Shown here: positions 47,735 through 57,963 of the stretch, piece after piece
Layout of the letters: each line of letters begins with the position of its first letter
How positions within the stretch are numbered: position 1 is the first letter of the stretch
NCBI GenBank assembly: GCA_963674745.2
Contig: CAXXDV010000001.1
Span: 1,856,001-1,920,000 of the forward strand
Origin: Desulfosudaceae bacterium
GTDB taxonomy: Bacteria > Desulfobacterota > Desulfobacteria > Desulfobacterales > Desulfosudaceae
Length of the DNA stretch: 64,000 nt
Direction of reading: 5' to 3'
Made by a program: the position numbers and the translations under genes
The notes under the pieces: generated by a model
What the model was told of the DNA's origin: nothing
The model's database searches: none
Seen by the model: only the letters and a program-made list of their open reading frames with translations

Positions 47735-48736
47735 ATGGTAGACTGCAAGACACTCACTATAATTGGATTACTAATCCTTGTTATCATCGTCGCGGTCTTT
47801 CTGGCAGGACCGAGGATAGAAATCAATACAACGGTTCACCCCGTCATAATTCCGACAGACCTTGAGGCGTATGTTGCAAATTCAGAGTCCGCTATTGATG
47901 ATATCGTTCCGGGAACAGAGAAAATTATAATTTGGGCCGGTGAAACCGGCGTCCAGACTCCATTATCAGTCGTATATCTGCATGGATTTTCAGCCTCACG
48001 TCAGGAAACAGCCCCTCTCTCCGAAATAGTAGCCTCAGATTTAGGCGCGAACCTGTTTTATACACGTTTCACCGGGCATGGCAGGAACGGTACCGCCATG
48101 TTGGAGGGCAGCGTTCATGCCTGGCTGAGCGACGCATATGAAGCGTTAGTTATAGGCCGCCGGTTGGGTAAAAAAGTTATTGTGATCGGAATGTCAACCG
48201 GTGGAACGGCTGCAACATGGCTGGCCACCAATGATTTTTCAGACACTGTAGCCGCCTTTGTATTAATCTCTCCCAACTTTGCTCTTACAGACAGTAGATC
48301 CCGCGTTTTGTCGTGGCCATGGGGCGGGTACCTGGCTGAATTGTTTATTGGCCCGGAACGCAGCTGGGATCCGGTTAACGATCGCCAGGGAAGATTCTGG
48401 ACGCATCGTTATCCGACACGGGCTTTACTGCCAATGATGGGAATGGTAGATCTGGCCAATTCATTGGACCTGTCAACGATTGACACCCCTTTTCTTATTA
48501 TTTATTCACCTGATGATCAGATTGTCAGCAGTAATTCAACAGAAGCGATGTATCAAAGAATCGGTACCAGGCAAAAACAATTGATTGCTTTTTCAAATGC
48601 AGAGGACCCGTCTCAACACGTTTTAGCCGGCGATATTTTGTCGCCAGGTTCAACAGAAGTGATTGCACGTGTGATTCTTAATTTTATTTGCCAATATAGT
48701 GATCCCCGGGGACAGAAAACGAATTCCGAGGAATAA
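47735..48736 (+). CDS. Membrane-anchored alpha/beta hydrolase (esterase/lysophospholipase-like)
   Basis: LHGF, GHG, GMSTG nucleophile elbow, DDQIV and QHVLAG motifs. Confidence 0.85.
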   Translation: MVDCKTLTIIGLLILVIIVAVFLAGPRIEINTTVHPVIIPTDLEAYVANSESAIDDIVPGTEKIIIWAGETGVQTPLSVVYLHGFSASRQETAPLSEIVASDLGANLFYTRFTGHGRNGTAMLEGSVHAWLSDAYEALVIGRRLGKKVIVIGMSTGGTAATWLATNDFSDTVAAFVLISPNFALTDSRSRVLSWPWGGYLAELFIGPERSWDPVNDRQGRFWTHRYPTRALLPMMGMVDLANSLDLSTIDTPFLIIYSPDDQIVSSNSTEAMYQRIGTRQKQLIAFSNAEDPSQHVLAGDILSPGSTEVIARVILNFICQYSDPRGQKTNSEE

Positions 48737-48766
48737 ACCACCGGCATGCCAGCCTGTATTGTCTAA

Positions 48767-48805
48767 TTAACTAAAAATAAATCATTTCCTCAAAAATTCT
48801 TCATG
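48767..48805 (+). promoter_or_regulatory. Pho-box-like array upstream of the PHP-GT4 operon
   Basis: TTAACT, TAAATC, CTCAAA, TTCATG at an 11-bp period. Confidence 0.6.
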
Positions 48806-48862
48806 CAGCCGCTATAGAACAACTATTAAAAATGACGATAAATTTAATTGAGGAGCATGACC

Positions 48863-51316
48863 ATGTCATCCATGAAGGTTGATCTTCACGTCCATTCCAA
48901 GTTTTCCAAGCGGCCATCTTACTGGATCCTTCAGAAGCTGGGCTGTTCCGAGAGTTATGTGGAGCCGAAAGCGATTTATCGTATCGCCCGTGAAAAAGGC
49001 ATGCGGTTTGTAACCATCACCGATCATAACACCATTGCCGGCAGTCAGGAAATCGCGCACTTGCCGGACACCTTTATCAGTGAAGAGGTGACAACTTATT
49101 TTCCGGACAGCGGTTGCAAGGTCCATTTGCTCGCCCTTGATATTACCGAGATCCAGCATGAGGAAATATCGCGTTTAAGACCCAATATTTTTGACCTGGC
49201 CGCCTATTTGCAGAAACAACGGATTACGCATGTCGTTGCCCATCCTTTATTTGCTGTGAATGACCGCTTGACGCCGGAACATTTTGAACAGCTGCTGCTC
49301 ATGTTTACCAATTTCGAGTTAAACGGCACCAGGGATGCCTATCAAAATGATGTTCTGGTGAACATCCTGACGCGGCTAACGCCGGAAGATATGGCCCGAT
49401 TGGTCTGTAAGCACAATCTTTCCGCTTATGGCGAGACGCCCTGGAAAAAGAATTTTACCGGCGGTTCGGATGATCATTCCGGGTTTCACATTGCCCGGAC
49501 ATTTACGATGGTTGAAGAAGACGGGGATCTGGCTGATTTCCTGCGGGCGGTTAACAGCGGTCAGGCACTGGTCTGCAAAAACAATTATGAACCCAAAATG
49601 CTGGCCCACACCCTCTATTCCATCGCCTATCAGTTTTATAGCCGCAAATTCAATCTGGAGCGGATAAAACAAAAGGATGAGTTCATCGCCTTTGTTGATA
49701 ATACACTGAACCAGCACGGCAACGTCGATAGAGGCGCACTCACCAATAAGGAAGAAGAAACCGTATTTGATGACGCGCAAAACGATATGAACAACCCGGC
49801 CAGAACGATCTCCAATTTTTGCGAACAAACGGCCCGGGACGTACTGAAGGAATTCCCCGAGTTCAACCGGATGGTTCAGGGTAAAACGGTTACAACCGAC
49901 CAGCGGGTAAAACTGTGCTACAATTTTGTCGACCGGGCCGGTGATGCCATCCTGGCCCGTTTGTGCGGCACAACCATGAAACGGGTTTCAAGCGGCAACA
50001 TTTTCGATGTCTTTCAGATGATCGGGGCCGGCGGCGCCCTCTATGCCATGCTGGCGCCATATTTCATTTCCTACAGTGTTTTTACCAAGGACCGCCGTGT
50101 CTGCAAGACCATACATGAACAATTGCATCTGAAAAGGCCTAAAAAAGAACATCTGCGGGTGGGCCATTTTACCGATACATTACACGACATCAATGGTGTG
50201 GCCAGAACACTCCGGCAACAGGCCGAGATCGCCGCGCGCATGAATAAACACTTAACACTGATCACCTGCGGACCGGAAAATCGTCGATCGGGGTTTAAGA
50301 CTTTCTCACCCATTGACACCTTTGACATGCCCGAATACTCCGACCTGAAGCTTTATTACCCGCCCTTGCTCAAAATGACGGATTATTGCTATGAGCAAAA
50401 TTTCAATCGTATCCATATCGCCACACCCGGTCCGGTTGGCCTGGCTGCCCTGGCCATTGCCCATATTCTGCAATTGCCGGTCTTTGGTACCTATCACACG
50501 TCCCTGCCGCAATATGTCAGCCAGCTGACCGGCGACACCGGTCTGGAGGACCTGACCTGGAAATATATCATCTGGTTTTACAGCCGAATGGATGTTGTGT
50601 TTGTGCCCTCAAAGGCGACGGGTGATGAACTGATCGAGCACGGTATCAGCGCCGAAAAAATCAGATTTTATAATCGCGGCATTAACACCACGTTATTTCA
50701 TCCGTCCAAACGTAATGGTTTTTATAAAAAACAGTTTAACCTGGCCGACCAATCCTTGAAACTGCTTTACGTCGGTCGGGTTTCCAAAGAAAAAAATATG
50801 GATCATCTGGTTGACATAATGAAGCTCATTTCTCCTGATTTTCCCGATGTCAGCCTGGTGGTCGTCGGAGACGGTCCGTATCTGGAAGAAATGAAAGAGC
50901 AATGTCGACATCTGCCGGTATATTTTACCGGTTTTATGGAAGGGGAGGACTTGAGCGAAGCCTATGCCGGAAGCGATATTTTTGTTTTTCCTTCAACTAC
51001 CGACACCTTTGGTAACGTGGTGCTGGAAGCCCAGGCCTCGGGCGTTCCGGTTATCGTCACCGACAAGGGCGGCCCCAGCGAAAATCTGCTGCCCGATAAA
51101 ACCGGGTTTATTGTTCCCGGGGGCGATATTCGGGCCTTTGTCGAGAAAATCTCGCTGTTGCTGAAAGACCCCGCCCTGATGGCGACGATGAAACAGAACG
51201 CCAGGGCCTATATGAAACCCCGATCATTCGATTCGGCTTTTTCACAACAATGGGATTTATATCATGATCCGCTGACGCCGCCGGAAAATTCCCCTTCAAT
51301 GGTTTCCTCGAATTAA
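48863..51316 (+). CDS. PHP phosphoesterase domain / GT4 glycosyltransferase fusion (paralog 1)
   Basis: DLHVHS, TDHN, AHP, ELNG, GGSDDH; then NGVA, YHT, YVGRVSKEK and DTFGNVVLEAQASG. Confidence 0.9.
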   Translation: MSSMKVDLHVHSKFSKRPSYWILQKLGCSESYVEPKAIYRIAREKGMRFVTITDHNTIAGSQEIAHLPDTFISEEVTTYFPDSGCKVHLLALDITEIQHEEISRLRPNIFDLAAYLQKQRITHVVAHPLFAVNDRLTPEHFEQLLLMFTNFELNGTRDAYQNDVLVNILTRLTPEDMARLVCKHNLSAYGETPWKKNFTGGSDDHSGFHIARTFTMVEEDGDLADFLRAVNSGQALVCKNNYEPKMLAHTLYSIAYQFYSRKFNLERIKQKDEFIAFVDNTLNQHGNVDRGALTNKEEETVFDDAQNDMNNPARTISNFCEQTARDVLKEFPEFNRMVQGKTVTTDQRVKLCYNFVDRAGDAILARLCGTTMKRVSSGNIFDVFQMIGAGGALYAMLAPYFISYSVFTKDRRVCKTIHEQLHLKRPKKEHLRVGHFTDTLHDINGVARTLRQQAEIAARMNKHLTLITCGPENRRSGFKTFSPIDTFDMPEYSDLKLYYPPLLKMTDYCYEQNFNRIHIATPGPVGLAALAIAHILQLPVFGTYHTSLPQYVSQLTGDTGLEDLTWKYIIWFYSRMDVVFVPSKATGDELIEHGISAEKIRFYNRGINTTLFHPSKRNGFYKKQFNLADQSLKLLYVGRVSKEKNMDHLVDIMKLISPDFPDVSLVVVGDGPYLEEMKEQCRHLPVYFTGFMEGEDLSEAYAGSDIFVFPSTTDTFGNVVLEAQASGVPVIVTDKGGPSENLLPDKTGFIVPGGDIRAFVEKISLLLKDPALMATMKQNARAYMKPRSFDSAFSQQWDLYHDPLTPPENSPSMVSSN

Positions 51317-51336
51317 CTTTTATATCAGGTGATATC

Positions 51337-52686
51337 ATGGAACAAATACTTACGATTCCTCAAATAAGAAATAATCATCGCCGTTCACACGCATCGGCGT
51401 CTTTGTTAACAAAGGCGCTGCCGACGCTGTTAAGGCAACGACTTCCCGGCCAGGTGATTATTCAAATCACCGACCGTTGCAATGCCTGTTGTCCTCATTG
51501 CGGTATGCGTGTGACCAATTCGTTTTCCCGGACCAGCCTTTCCAACGACAACATTTTCCGTGTCATCGATGCGGCCGCGGCCAACGGCGCGGCGGCCGTT
51601 TCTTTTACCGGTGGTGAACCCATGCTGCGGCTGAATGACCTGGTTCAAGTGATCAACCACGCTGGCGCAGCGGGTATCCGCCTGATCCGCACCGGCACCA
51701 ACGGTTATTTCATGCAGATGAGCGGCACTGACAAAACAGCCTTGAAGTCAAAGGTATCATCCATTGTCGAAAAGCTGGCTGCTACCAGCCTTCGCAACTT
51801 CTGGATCAGCATGGACTCCAGTGTGCCGGAAGTTCATGACCGTATGCGGGGTTTTGATGGCCTGGCCCGCGGTATTGAAGCAGCGCTTCCGGTTTTTCAT
51901 GAACACGGGATCTATCCGGCCGTGAACCTGGGGGTTAACCGCAATGTTGGTGGAAATTTTACAGCCGAGATCGATTTTCGCCATTTTATACTCAGAAAAG
52001 ACTATCTAAGAGAATTCTATCGTAGATACAAGATCGCCATCGAAGGGTTCTATCGGCGGGTAATCGATATGGGGTTTACCATGTTGAACACATGTTATCC
52101 CATGAGTGTTGAATCCTGTGCAAGAGAAGGTTTGAGTGCCGTCTACGCGGCCACCGCCGCCGATCGGATCGTGTCTTTTGATCGGGACGAAAAAGCCCTC
52201 CTTTTTAAAATCCTGCTGGAGTGTGTGGAAAAGTTCCGCCATCAGATTCGTGTTTTTTCACCCCGGGTTTCCCTGTACACGCTTTATCGTTACTACTCGG
52301 AAAATGAATCACCCGGATTTACACCGGCCGGATGCCGTGGCGGCCTTGATTTTTTCTTCATTGACGCCAAAAACGGCGACACCTACCCCTGCGGTTACAG
52401 AGGGTCGGAAAGTATGGGCAAGTTCTGGGAGCTGAACATGCGACGGCTCAACAAACCCGCCCTTTGCCGGCGGTGCGACTGGGAGTGTTTCCGGGACCCG
52501 TCAGAACAGTTCGCACCGTTGCTGCAGGCTGTTTCCTCACCCGGGCGGGTTGCTTACCGGGCCCTGGCCGACCGGACATACACCCGACTGTGGCTGAAAG
52601 ATCTGGCCTATTACCGGGCCTGTGATTTCTTTGACGGCCGTCAGCCGCCGCGTTTTGAAAGGATGTCGCGACCAAAGGCAGCTTAA
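51337..52686 (+). CDS. Radical SAM protein with a C-terminal SPASM/twitch-like Cys cluster
   Basis: CNACCPHC, FTGGEP, TGTNG and GCRGG..YPCG..CRRCDWEC motifs. Confidence 0.9.
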   Translation: MEQILTIPQIRNNHRRSHASASLLTKALPTLLRQRLPGQVIIQITDRCNACCPHCGMRVTNSFSRTSLSNDNIFRVIDAAAANGAAAVSFTGGEPMLRLNDLVQVINHAGAAGIRLIRTGTNGYFMQMSGTDKTALKSKVSSIVEKLAATSLRNFWISMDSSVPEVHDRMRGFDGLARGIEAALPVFHEHGIYPAVNLGVNRNVGGNFTAEIDFRHFILRKDYLREFYRRYKIAIEGFYRRVIDMGFTMLNTCYPMSVESCAREGLSAVYAATAADRIVSFDRDEKALLFKILLECVEKFRHQIRVFSPRVSLYTLYRYYSENESPGFTPAGCRGGLDFFFIDAKNGDTYPCGYRGSESMGKFWELNMRRLNKPALCRRCDWECFRDPSEQFAPLLQAVSSPGRVAYRALADRTYTRLWLKDLAYYRACDFFDGRQPPRFERMSRPKAA

Positions 52687-52697
52687 GGGCAGATGAC

Positions 52698-53924
52698 ATG
52701 AATGAATTCTCGTTAAGAGAGAATATTATCATCAGCTACAGGACCTATTTCCATCTTTTCAAACGGACTTTTTTTGCATGTCGGAAAACCCAGGCCAGAT
52801 TAACTTTTCGGCGTTTTTTGACCATGATGTTTTTTTCCCCGGCCCTGCTGGCGCTGCAGACCGTCCACTGGCTCTTCTATATTGCGGACGATTTGTTTTT
52901 CCCCGGCTATCGAACTGTAGATATTGAACAACCGCTGTTTGTGGTCGGCGTACCCCGCAGCGGAACGACATTTCTTCACCGTTTTCTGTCACAGGACAAG
53001 GAACGGTTTATCACCTTTTCCATGTGGGAATTGATTTTTGCGCCTACCATAACACAACGCCGACTGATTCTTTTTTTTTCTGCTATGGACCGGCTGGCCG
53101 GGGAGCCGCTGGGGCGCATGCTTAAAGGACTTGAGCGGCTTATTTTCGGCAGTCTGGATGATATCCACAAGATTTCACTGTCTGAACCGGAAGAAGATTA
53201 CTTCGCACTGGCGCCGATTTATGCCTGCTTCCTGATGATTCTTCCCTTTCCTTTTCCGGAAGAACTGGGACATCTGGCCTATTTTGATGACCAGACACCG
53301 GAATCAGACAAAGCGCGTATTTTTGCTTTTTACAAGACCTGCCTGCAGCGACATCTGTACGTTTGGGGCACGGATAAAATTCTGCTGTCCAAAAATGTTT
53401 CGTTTTCGCCGATGATAGAAACACTTAACCGGTTTTTCCCGGAATGCAAAATCATCGGTACTGTTCGGGATCCTCTGCTGGCCGTACCTTCCCATATCAG
53501 TTCGATGATGGCGGGGGCCGCGATTTTTGACAATGACATACAGGGGGAAACGTTTCGGGACCAGATGATGGAAATACAGGCTTATGCCTTTTCGCGAGTG
53601 GGAAAATTTCTGCCCGGTTTACCCGAAAGCAGACAGGTCACCGTAAAAATGGAAGACTTAAAGGCCGAACTGTATCCAACCATCCGAAACATTTATGACC
53701 GGCTGGATTACAAAATGTCCCCTGATTTTGAGTTCTATCTGAGATGCCAGGACCGTGAACAGAAACGATATCAAAGTCGTCATAACTATGACCTGACATC
53801 GTTTAATCTTTCAGCGGAGGTTATTTACCGGAAATTCGCAGATGTTTATCGACGTTACGGTTATCCAAAAGCCGCTGCGACCGGTTCGGAAAATATTCAG
53901 GGAGCTCCAGTTGCAGAAAACTGA
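52698..53924 (+). CDS. PAPS-dependent sulfotransferase family protein with N-terminal hydrophobic segment
   Basis: 5'-PSB GVPRSGTT, EPEED, LSKN and 3'-PB VRDP..AVPS motifs. Confidence 0.88.
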   Translation: MNEFSLRENIIISYRTYFHLFKRTFFACRKTQARLTFRRFLTMMFFSPALLALQTVHWLFYIADDLFFPGYRTVDIEQPLFVVGVPRSGTTFLHRFLSQDKERFITFSMWELIFAPTITQRRLILFFSAMDRLAGEPLGRMLKGLERLIFGSLDDIHKISLSEPEEDYFALAPIYACFLMILPFPFPEELGHLAYFDDQTPESDKARIFAFYKTCLQRHLYVWGTDKILLSKNVSFSPMIETLNRFFPECKIIGTVRDPLLAVPSHISSMMAGAAIFDNDIQGETFRDQMMEIQAYAFSRVGKFLPGLPESRQVTVKMEDLKAELYPTIRNIYDRLDYKMSPDFEFYLRCQDREQKRYQSRHNYDLTSFNLSAEVIYRKFADVYRRYGYPKAAATGSENIQGAPVAEN

Positions 53925-54663
53925 TATTTCAAACACCCGGAAACTTTCAGCGATTGTTTCCATACATGATGTCATGCCCCGGACGCTGACCAGGGTGCTT
54001 GAGTTGGTGTCGTTTCTCGAAGAACGGGGCATCAACCGCTTTTCTCTGCTGGTTGTGCCGGGAAAAACATGGTCGCCCCGGAAAATTGAAGTATTGAATA
54101 CACTGCACAACCAGGGAAAAGAAATTGTGGGTCATGGTTGGCGTCACCGGGTTTATCGCGTGAACAACCTTCGGCACCGGCTGCACGGAAAAATAATCTC
54201 CAGGGATGAGGCTGAACATTTATCTCTATCAGAGAGGGAGATCTCCGGTATCATCAACCGTTGTTTCAAATGGTTTGGGGGCGTCAGTATAACTGCCCCC
54301 CGTGTATATGTTCCACCAGCCTGGGCCATGGGTGACATTTCCAGAAAAACCCTGCGGGCATTGCCGTTTGAACTATATGAAACCCAGTGCGGCCTCTATC
54401 ACGCAAGAACCTTACGGTTCGTTCCGATGCCGGTCATCGGATACATGGCGGATACCCCGACCCGGGTACGGTTAATTAAATGGACCAACACGGTGAACCT
54501 GCGAATCCCGCTGTCGCCGACCCGGATCGCCATCCATCCAGACGATCTGTATTTGCCCCTGGTGAATGATCTTGAGACGCACTTGGGCTTTTTCAGGAAA
54601 TTTATAACCTACAATGATTTATTTGAACGGGCGCCAGACGGGGACCCGGCCGCCAATCAATGA
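53911..54663 (+). CDS. Polysaccharide-deacetylase-like protein (DUF2334 type)
   Basis: SIHDV, GHGWRH, VPPAW and IAIHPDD motifs. TTG 53911 follows GGGAG. Confidence 0.82.
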   Translation: MQKTDISNTRKLSAIVSIHDVMPRTLTRVLELVSFLEERGINRFSLLVVPGKTWSPRKIEVLNTLHNQGKEIVGHGWRHRVYRVNNLRHRLHGKIISRDEAEHLSLSEREISGIINRCFKWFGGVSITAPRVYVPPAWAMGDISRKTLRALPFELYETQCGLYHARTLRFVPMPVIGYMADTPTRVRLIKWTNTVNLRIPLSPTRIAIHPDDLYLPLVNDLETHLGFFRKFITYNDLFERAPDGDPAANQ

Positions 54664-54676
54664 AAGGTAGGGACCA

Positions 54677-57130
54677 GTGATTACCAAGGAAGAAAACCAG
54701 AAACAAAATCAAGGGCTTTTCAGGGAAAAGGCATCAACATTTTTTAAGGTGGATATGCATGTTCACTCCTGTTATTCACAACGTCCTTCATCATGGATTC
54801 TGAAGCAAATCGGCTGCGCCGAAAGCTATACCGAGCCTCTTTATCTATATCAAACACTAAGACAACGCGGTATGGACGGCGTGACCATTACCGATCACAA
54901 TACCATTGAGGGATGCCTGGAAATCGCCCACCTTGAAAATGTATTTATCAGCGAGGAAGTGACTACATATTTTCCGGACAACTGCAAGGTTCACGTACTG
55001 GTTTATGACATCTCCGAAAGTCAGCATGCCGAAATCGCGCGGCTTAGAAAAAACATATTTGAACTGGTCGCATATCTGAACGGGGAAGACATTATTCATG
55101 GGGTAGCGCATCCCATGTTCAGCGTCAACGGTCGGTTACAGATGGCGCATATTGATCAGCTTTTACTGCTGTTTAAGATCTTTGAGCTGAATGGTGCCAG
55201 AAGCAGCCAGCAGAACGCGGTCATTAGCCGGATAGCCGGTATGTTGACCAAAGAAAGAATCAACATTCTGGCCGACAAATATCATCTGACGCCTCGGGGC
55301 AAGCGCCCCTGGGAGAAAATCCTTATCAGCGGGTCCGATGACCATTCTTCTTTGTATATGGGAATGTCATATACACAAAGCCGGCAGGCAGATTCGACGG
55401 AAACCTTTCTGGATAACGTCCGTTTCGGCCGGGTTGACTTGCAAACCCATGATGCTCGCCCGGAAACACTGGCTCAGAATATCTACAGCATTATGTACCA
55501 GTTTTACAATAAAAGATTCCAAATTAATCGCTGGATAGATGACAAAGCCCTGACGTCTTTTCTCAACAACTGCCTTTGTACGCAAAGTGATGAACAGGAG
55601 TCCGAAACAGCGTCAGCAACATTTGAAACAAATGGAAATCTGGGCCGTTTTACAGGAGGCACAATTCCTCAACGGTTTCTAACTAATGCCAGAAACATTA
55701 TATTTTCCGACCCCGAACTGCGGAATATTGTCTCCCAGTGGCCTTCTGAAAAAATAAAAGATGGTGCCTGGTGGCGGTTCGTAAACCGGCTTTCCGGGAT
55801 TATCATGCATGAGTTTGCCGATGAAATCCTGAATAGAATAAGTGATGCCGATATCCTTTACCTGTTCTCCGCAATCAGTTCCTCCGCATCCCTGTATATG
55901 ATGTTATCTCCGTATTTCATCTCTTATTCCCTGTTTGCCAGAGACCGCGCTTTCGGTCAGGACTGCCTGAAAAGACATGACGGGCAAACATCCGAGCTCA
56001 AGATCGGTACACACCGTGTGGCCATGTTTACCGACACCTTCAATGAAATCAATGGTGTTGCCGTGGCCATTCAGTCCCTGGTTGAAGGTGCCCGTTTGAC
56101 AGGCAAAGACCTGACGCTGATCACCTGCGATTCAGGGCAAAAACAACCTCCAGGCGTCAGGACTTTCGAGCCCATCGGCAAGTATGATCTGCCCGAGTAC
56201 CCTGAGCTGAAAGTTTATTATCCGCCTTTTCTGGAAATATTATCTTACTGTTATCATCAGGGATTCACTCGAATCCATGCAGAAACGCCGGGGGCCATGG
56301 GCTTGACGGCCATGGCGGTTGCACATTTATTGAATCTTCCCTTTTACGGAACATACCACACGGCTTTGCCGCAGACGGTTATGGCTTTGACCGGCGATTC
56401 TAAAATTGAGGATCTTTTCTGGAAGTATGTCCTCTGGTTCTATGGGCGCATGGAAAAAATATTTGTTCCTTCGGCCATGACAGCCAAAGAATTGATCGAC
56501 AAAGGAATTCCCGCGGAAAAAATTATTGTTCATCAATGGGGGGTGGATACAACTTTTTTTCACCCGGATAAACGAAACGGTTTTTACGCCAGCCGGTATC
56601 AAATAAATGACGCCACAATTAAACTGCTTTATGTGGGCCGTGTTTCCCCTGAAAAGAACCTTGCGGTTTTTGTGCCTGTTATGCGGAAAATTCTTCAAGT
56701 CAGAAGTGATGTCTGCCTGGTGGTGGTGGGCGATGGGCCCTACCTTCAGGAAATGAAGCAATCCACGAAGGGCATGCCGGTGATTTTCACCGGTTATCTG
56801 TCGGGGGAAATGCTGACCCAGGCATATGCATCAAGTGATCTGTTTGTTTTTCCTTCCACTGTAGACACAATGGGCAACGTGGTTGTCGAAGCACAATCAG
56901 CCGGTGTTCCGGTTATTGTCACCGACAAGGGCGGGCCTTGTGAAAACATGATCGATGGAAAAACAGGACTGGTGGTAAGCGCTAATGAGGATTTGCCGGA
57001 CCGCTTTGCAGCGGCCATCATGGAATTGTGTGATGATCCGGCCTTAAGAAAAACAATGCAGCATAATGCACGCGAATATGCCATGCAGCGCTCCATCCAA
57101 AAGACATTCCTCTCTTTCTGGGGCCACTAA
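54677..57130 (+). CDS. PHP phosphoesterase domain / GT4 glycosyltransferase fusion (paralog 2)
   Basis: DMHVHS, TDHN, SGSDDH; then NGVA, YVGRVSPEK and DTMGNVVVEAQSAG. Confidence 0.9.
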   Translation: MITKEENQKQNQGLFREKASTFFKVDMHVHSCYSQRPSSWILKQIGCAESYTEPLYLYQTLRQRGMDGVTITDHNTIEGCLEIAHLENVFISEEVTTYFPDNCKVHVLVYDISESQHAEIARLRKNIFELVAYLNGEDIIHGVAHPMFSVNGRLQMAHIDQLLLLFKIFELNGARSSQQNAVISRIAGMLTKERINILADKYHLTPRGKRPWEKILISGSDDHSSLYMGMSYTQSRQADSTETFLDNVRFGRVDLQTHDARPETLAQNIYSIMYQFYNKRFQINRWIDDKALTSFLNNCLCTQSDEQESETASATFETNGNLGRFTGGTIPQRFLTNARNIIFSDPELRNIVSQWPSEKIKDGAWWRFVNRLSGIIMHEFADEILNRISDADILYLFSAISSSASLYMMLSPYFISYSLFARDRAFGQDCLKRHDGQTSELKIGTHRVAMFTDTFNEINGVAVAIQSLVEGARLTGKDLTLITCDSGQKQPPGVRTFEPIGKYDLPEYPELKVYYPPFLEILSYCYHQGFTRIHAETPGAMGLTAMAVAHLLNLPFYGTYHTALPQTVMALTGDSKIEDLFWKYVLWFYGRMEKIFVPSAMTAKELIDKGIPAEKIIVHQWGVDTTFFHPDKRNGFYASRYQINDATIKLLYVGRVSPEKNLAVFVPVMRKILQVRSDVCLVVVGDGPYLQEMKQSTKGMPVIFTGYLSGEMLTQAYASSDLFVFPSTVDTMGNVVVEAQSAGVPVIVTDKGGPCENMIDGKTGLVVSANEDLPDRFAAAIMELCDDPALRKTMQHNAREYAMQRSIQKTFLSFWGH

Positions 57131-57582
57131 CCTCCCCAGATCCAACCGAATTGAAATCCGGCCAATGTAACTAACAACGACCATAAAAATGCACTGAAAA
57201 CATTCAAGAGAAAAAAACGAACGGGCTTTATTCCGGCCGCCCCGATGATAATCGGTGTTACGGCACGAAAGCCATAGACGAATCGGAAACACAAAATGAC
57301 AAGTGTCTGATGTTTTTGAAATATTGAAAAAACTTTTACCGCTTTTTTTTCAAATGACGGGCTGCGTTTCAACAGGCTGATACCGTATGTTTTGCCCGCA
57401 AAAAAGAAAATCTGATCGCCGCAGACGCTTCCGATCAAGGCTGAAATGATTACCCCGGGCAATGATAAATATCCGGCGCCGGCAAGAATCGCTGCGGAAG
57501 TCAAAATCACTTCTCCTTCGAAAATGGTCCCGATGGCAATGGCAATGTAGCCATAACTGTTAATCAGCTCTGCCGTAGACAA
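57127..57582 (-). CDS. DedA family membrane protein (short C-terminus)
   Basis: FEGE, GDQIFFFAG and FRFVYGFR motifs. TTG 57582 follows GAGG. Confidence 0.85.
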   Translation of the reverse strand: MSTAELINSYGYIAIAIGTIFEGEVILTSAAILAGAGYLSLPGVIISALIGSVCGDQIFFFAGKTYGISLLKRSPSFEKKAVKVFSIFQKHQTLVILCFRFVYGFRAVTPIIIGAAGIKPVRFFLLNVFSAFLWSLLVTLAGFQFGWIWGG

Positions 57583-57778
57583 GCGAACCTCAACTGTTTT
57601 GGTTTGAAGGTAAAAACAATAATCCTGTAAAATCATCCGTTTTGTTTGTTTGTCTGATATTTGCAGTTTGTCAGGAACACGTTATTTTTGAAGAAAATTT
57701 TGAGCGGTCAGTATGTCTCTGAGGCAACGTCTATGCTGTATCCAGGGGAATGTATTCGTTTATGAAACACAACTAATC

Positions 57779-57849
57779 CTAACATAAGTCTAACAAAACC
57801 CATCGTTGTCTTAACCAAAAAATAATCTTTTGGTCAAAATATCCTAACA
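57779..57849 (+). promoter_or_regulatory. Extended Pho-box-like array upstream of the second TonB operon
   Basis: CTAACA at 57779 and 57790; then TTAACC 57811, ATAATC 57822, GTCAAA 57833, CTAACA 57844 (11-bp period). Confidence 0.7.
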
Positions 57850-57963
57850 AGCCTCCAGTAATTTTTTCCCATAATTTTGAAGGACGGAAAATAATTTTCG
57901 TTCCAGCAAATTGATAATAATGAAAGCAAACTTTACCAGAATGAAAGGGAGGAAAGGAAAATC

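Noticed and set aside
57779..57849. Periodic repeats as a possible CRISPR array or iterons
   Set aside because: Hexamers at an 11-bp period with no spacers and no cas or rep genes; fit regulator boxes better.
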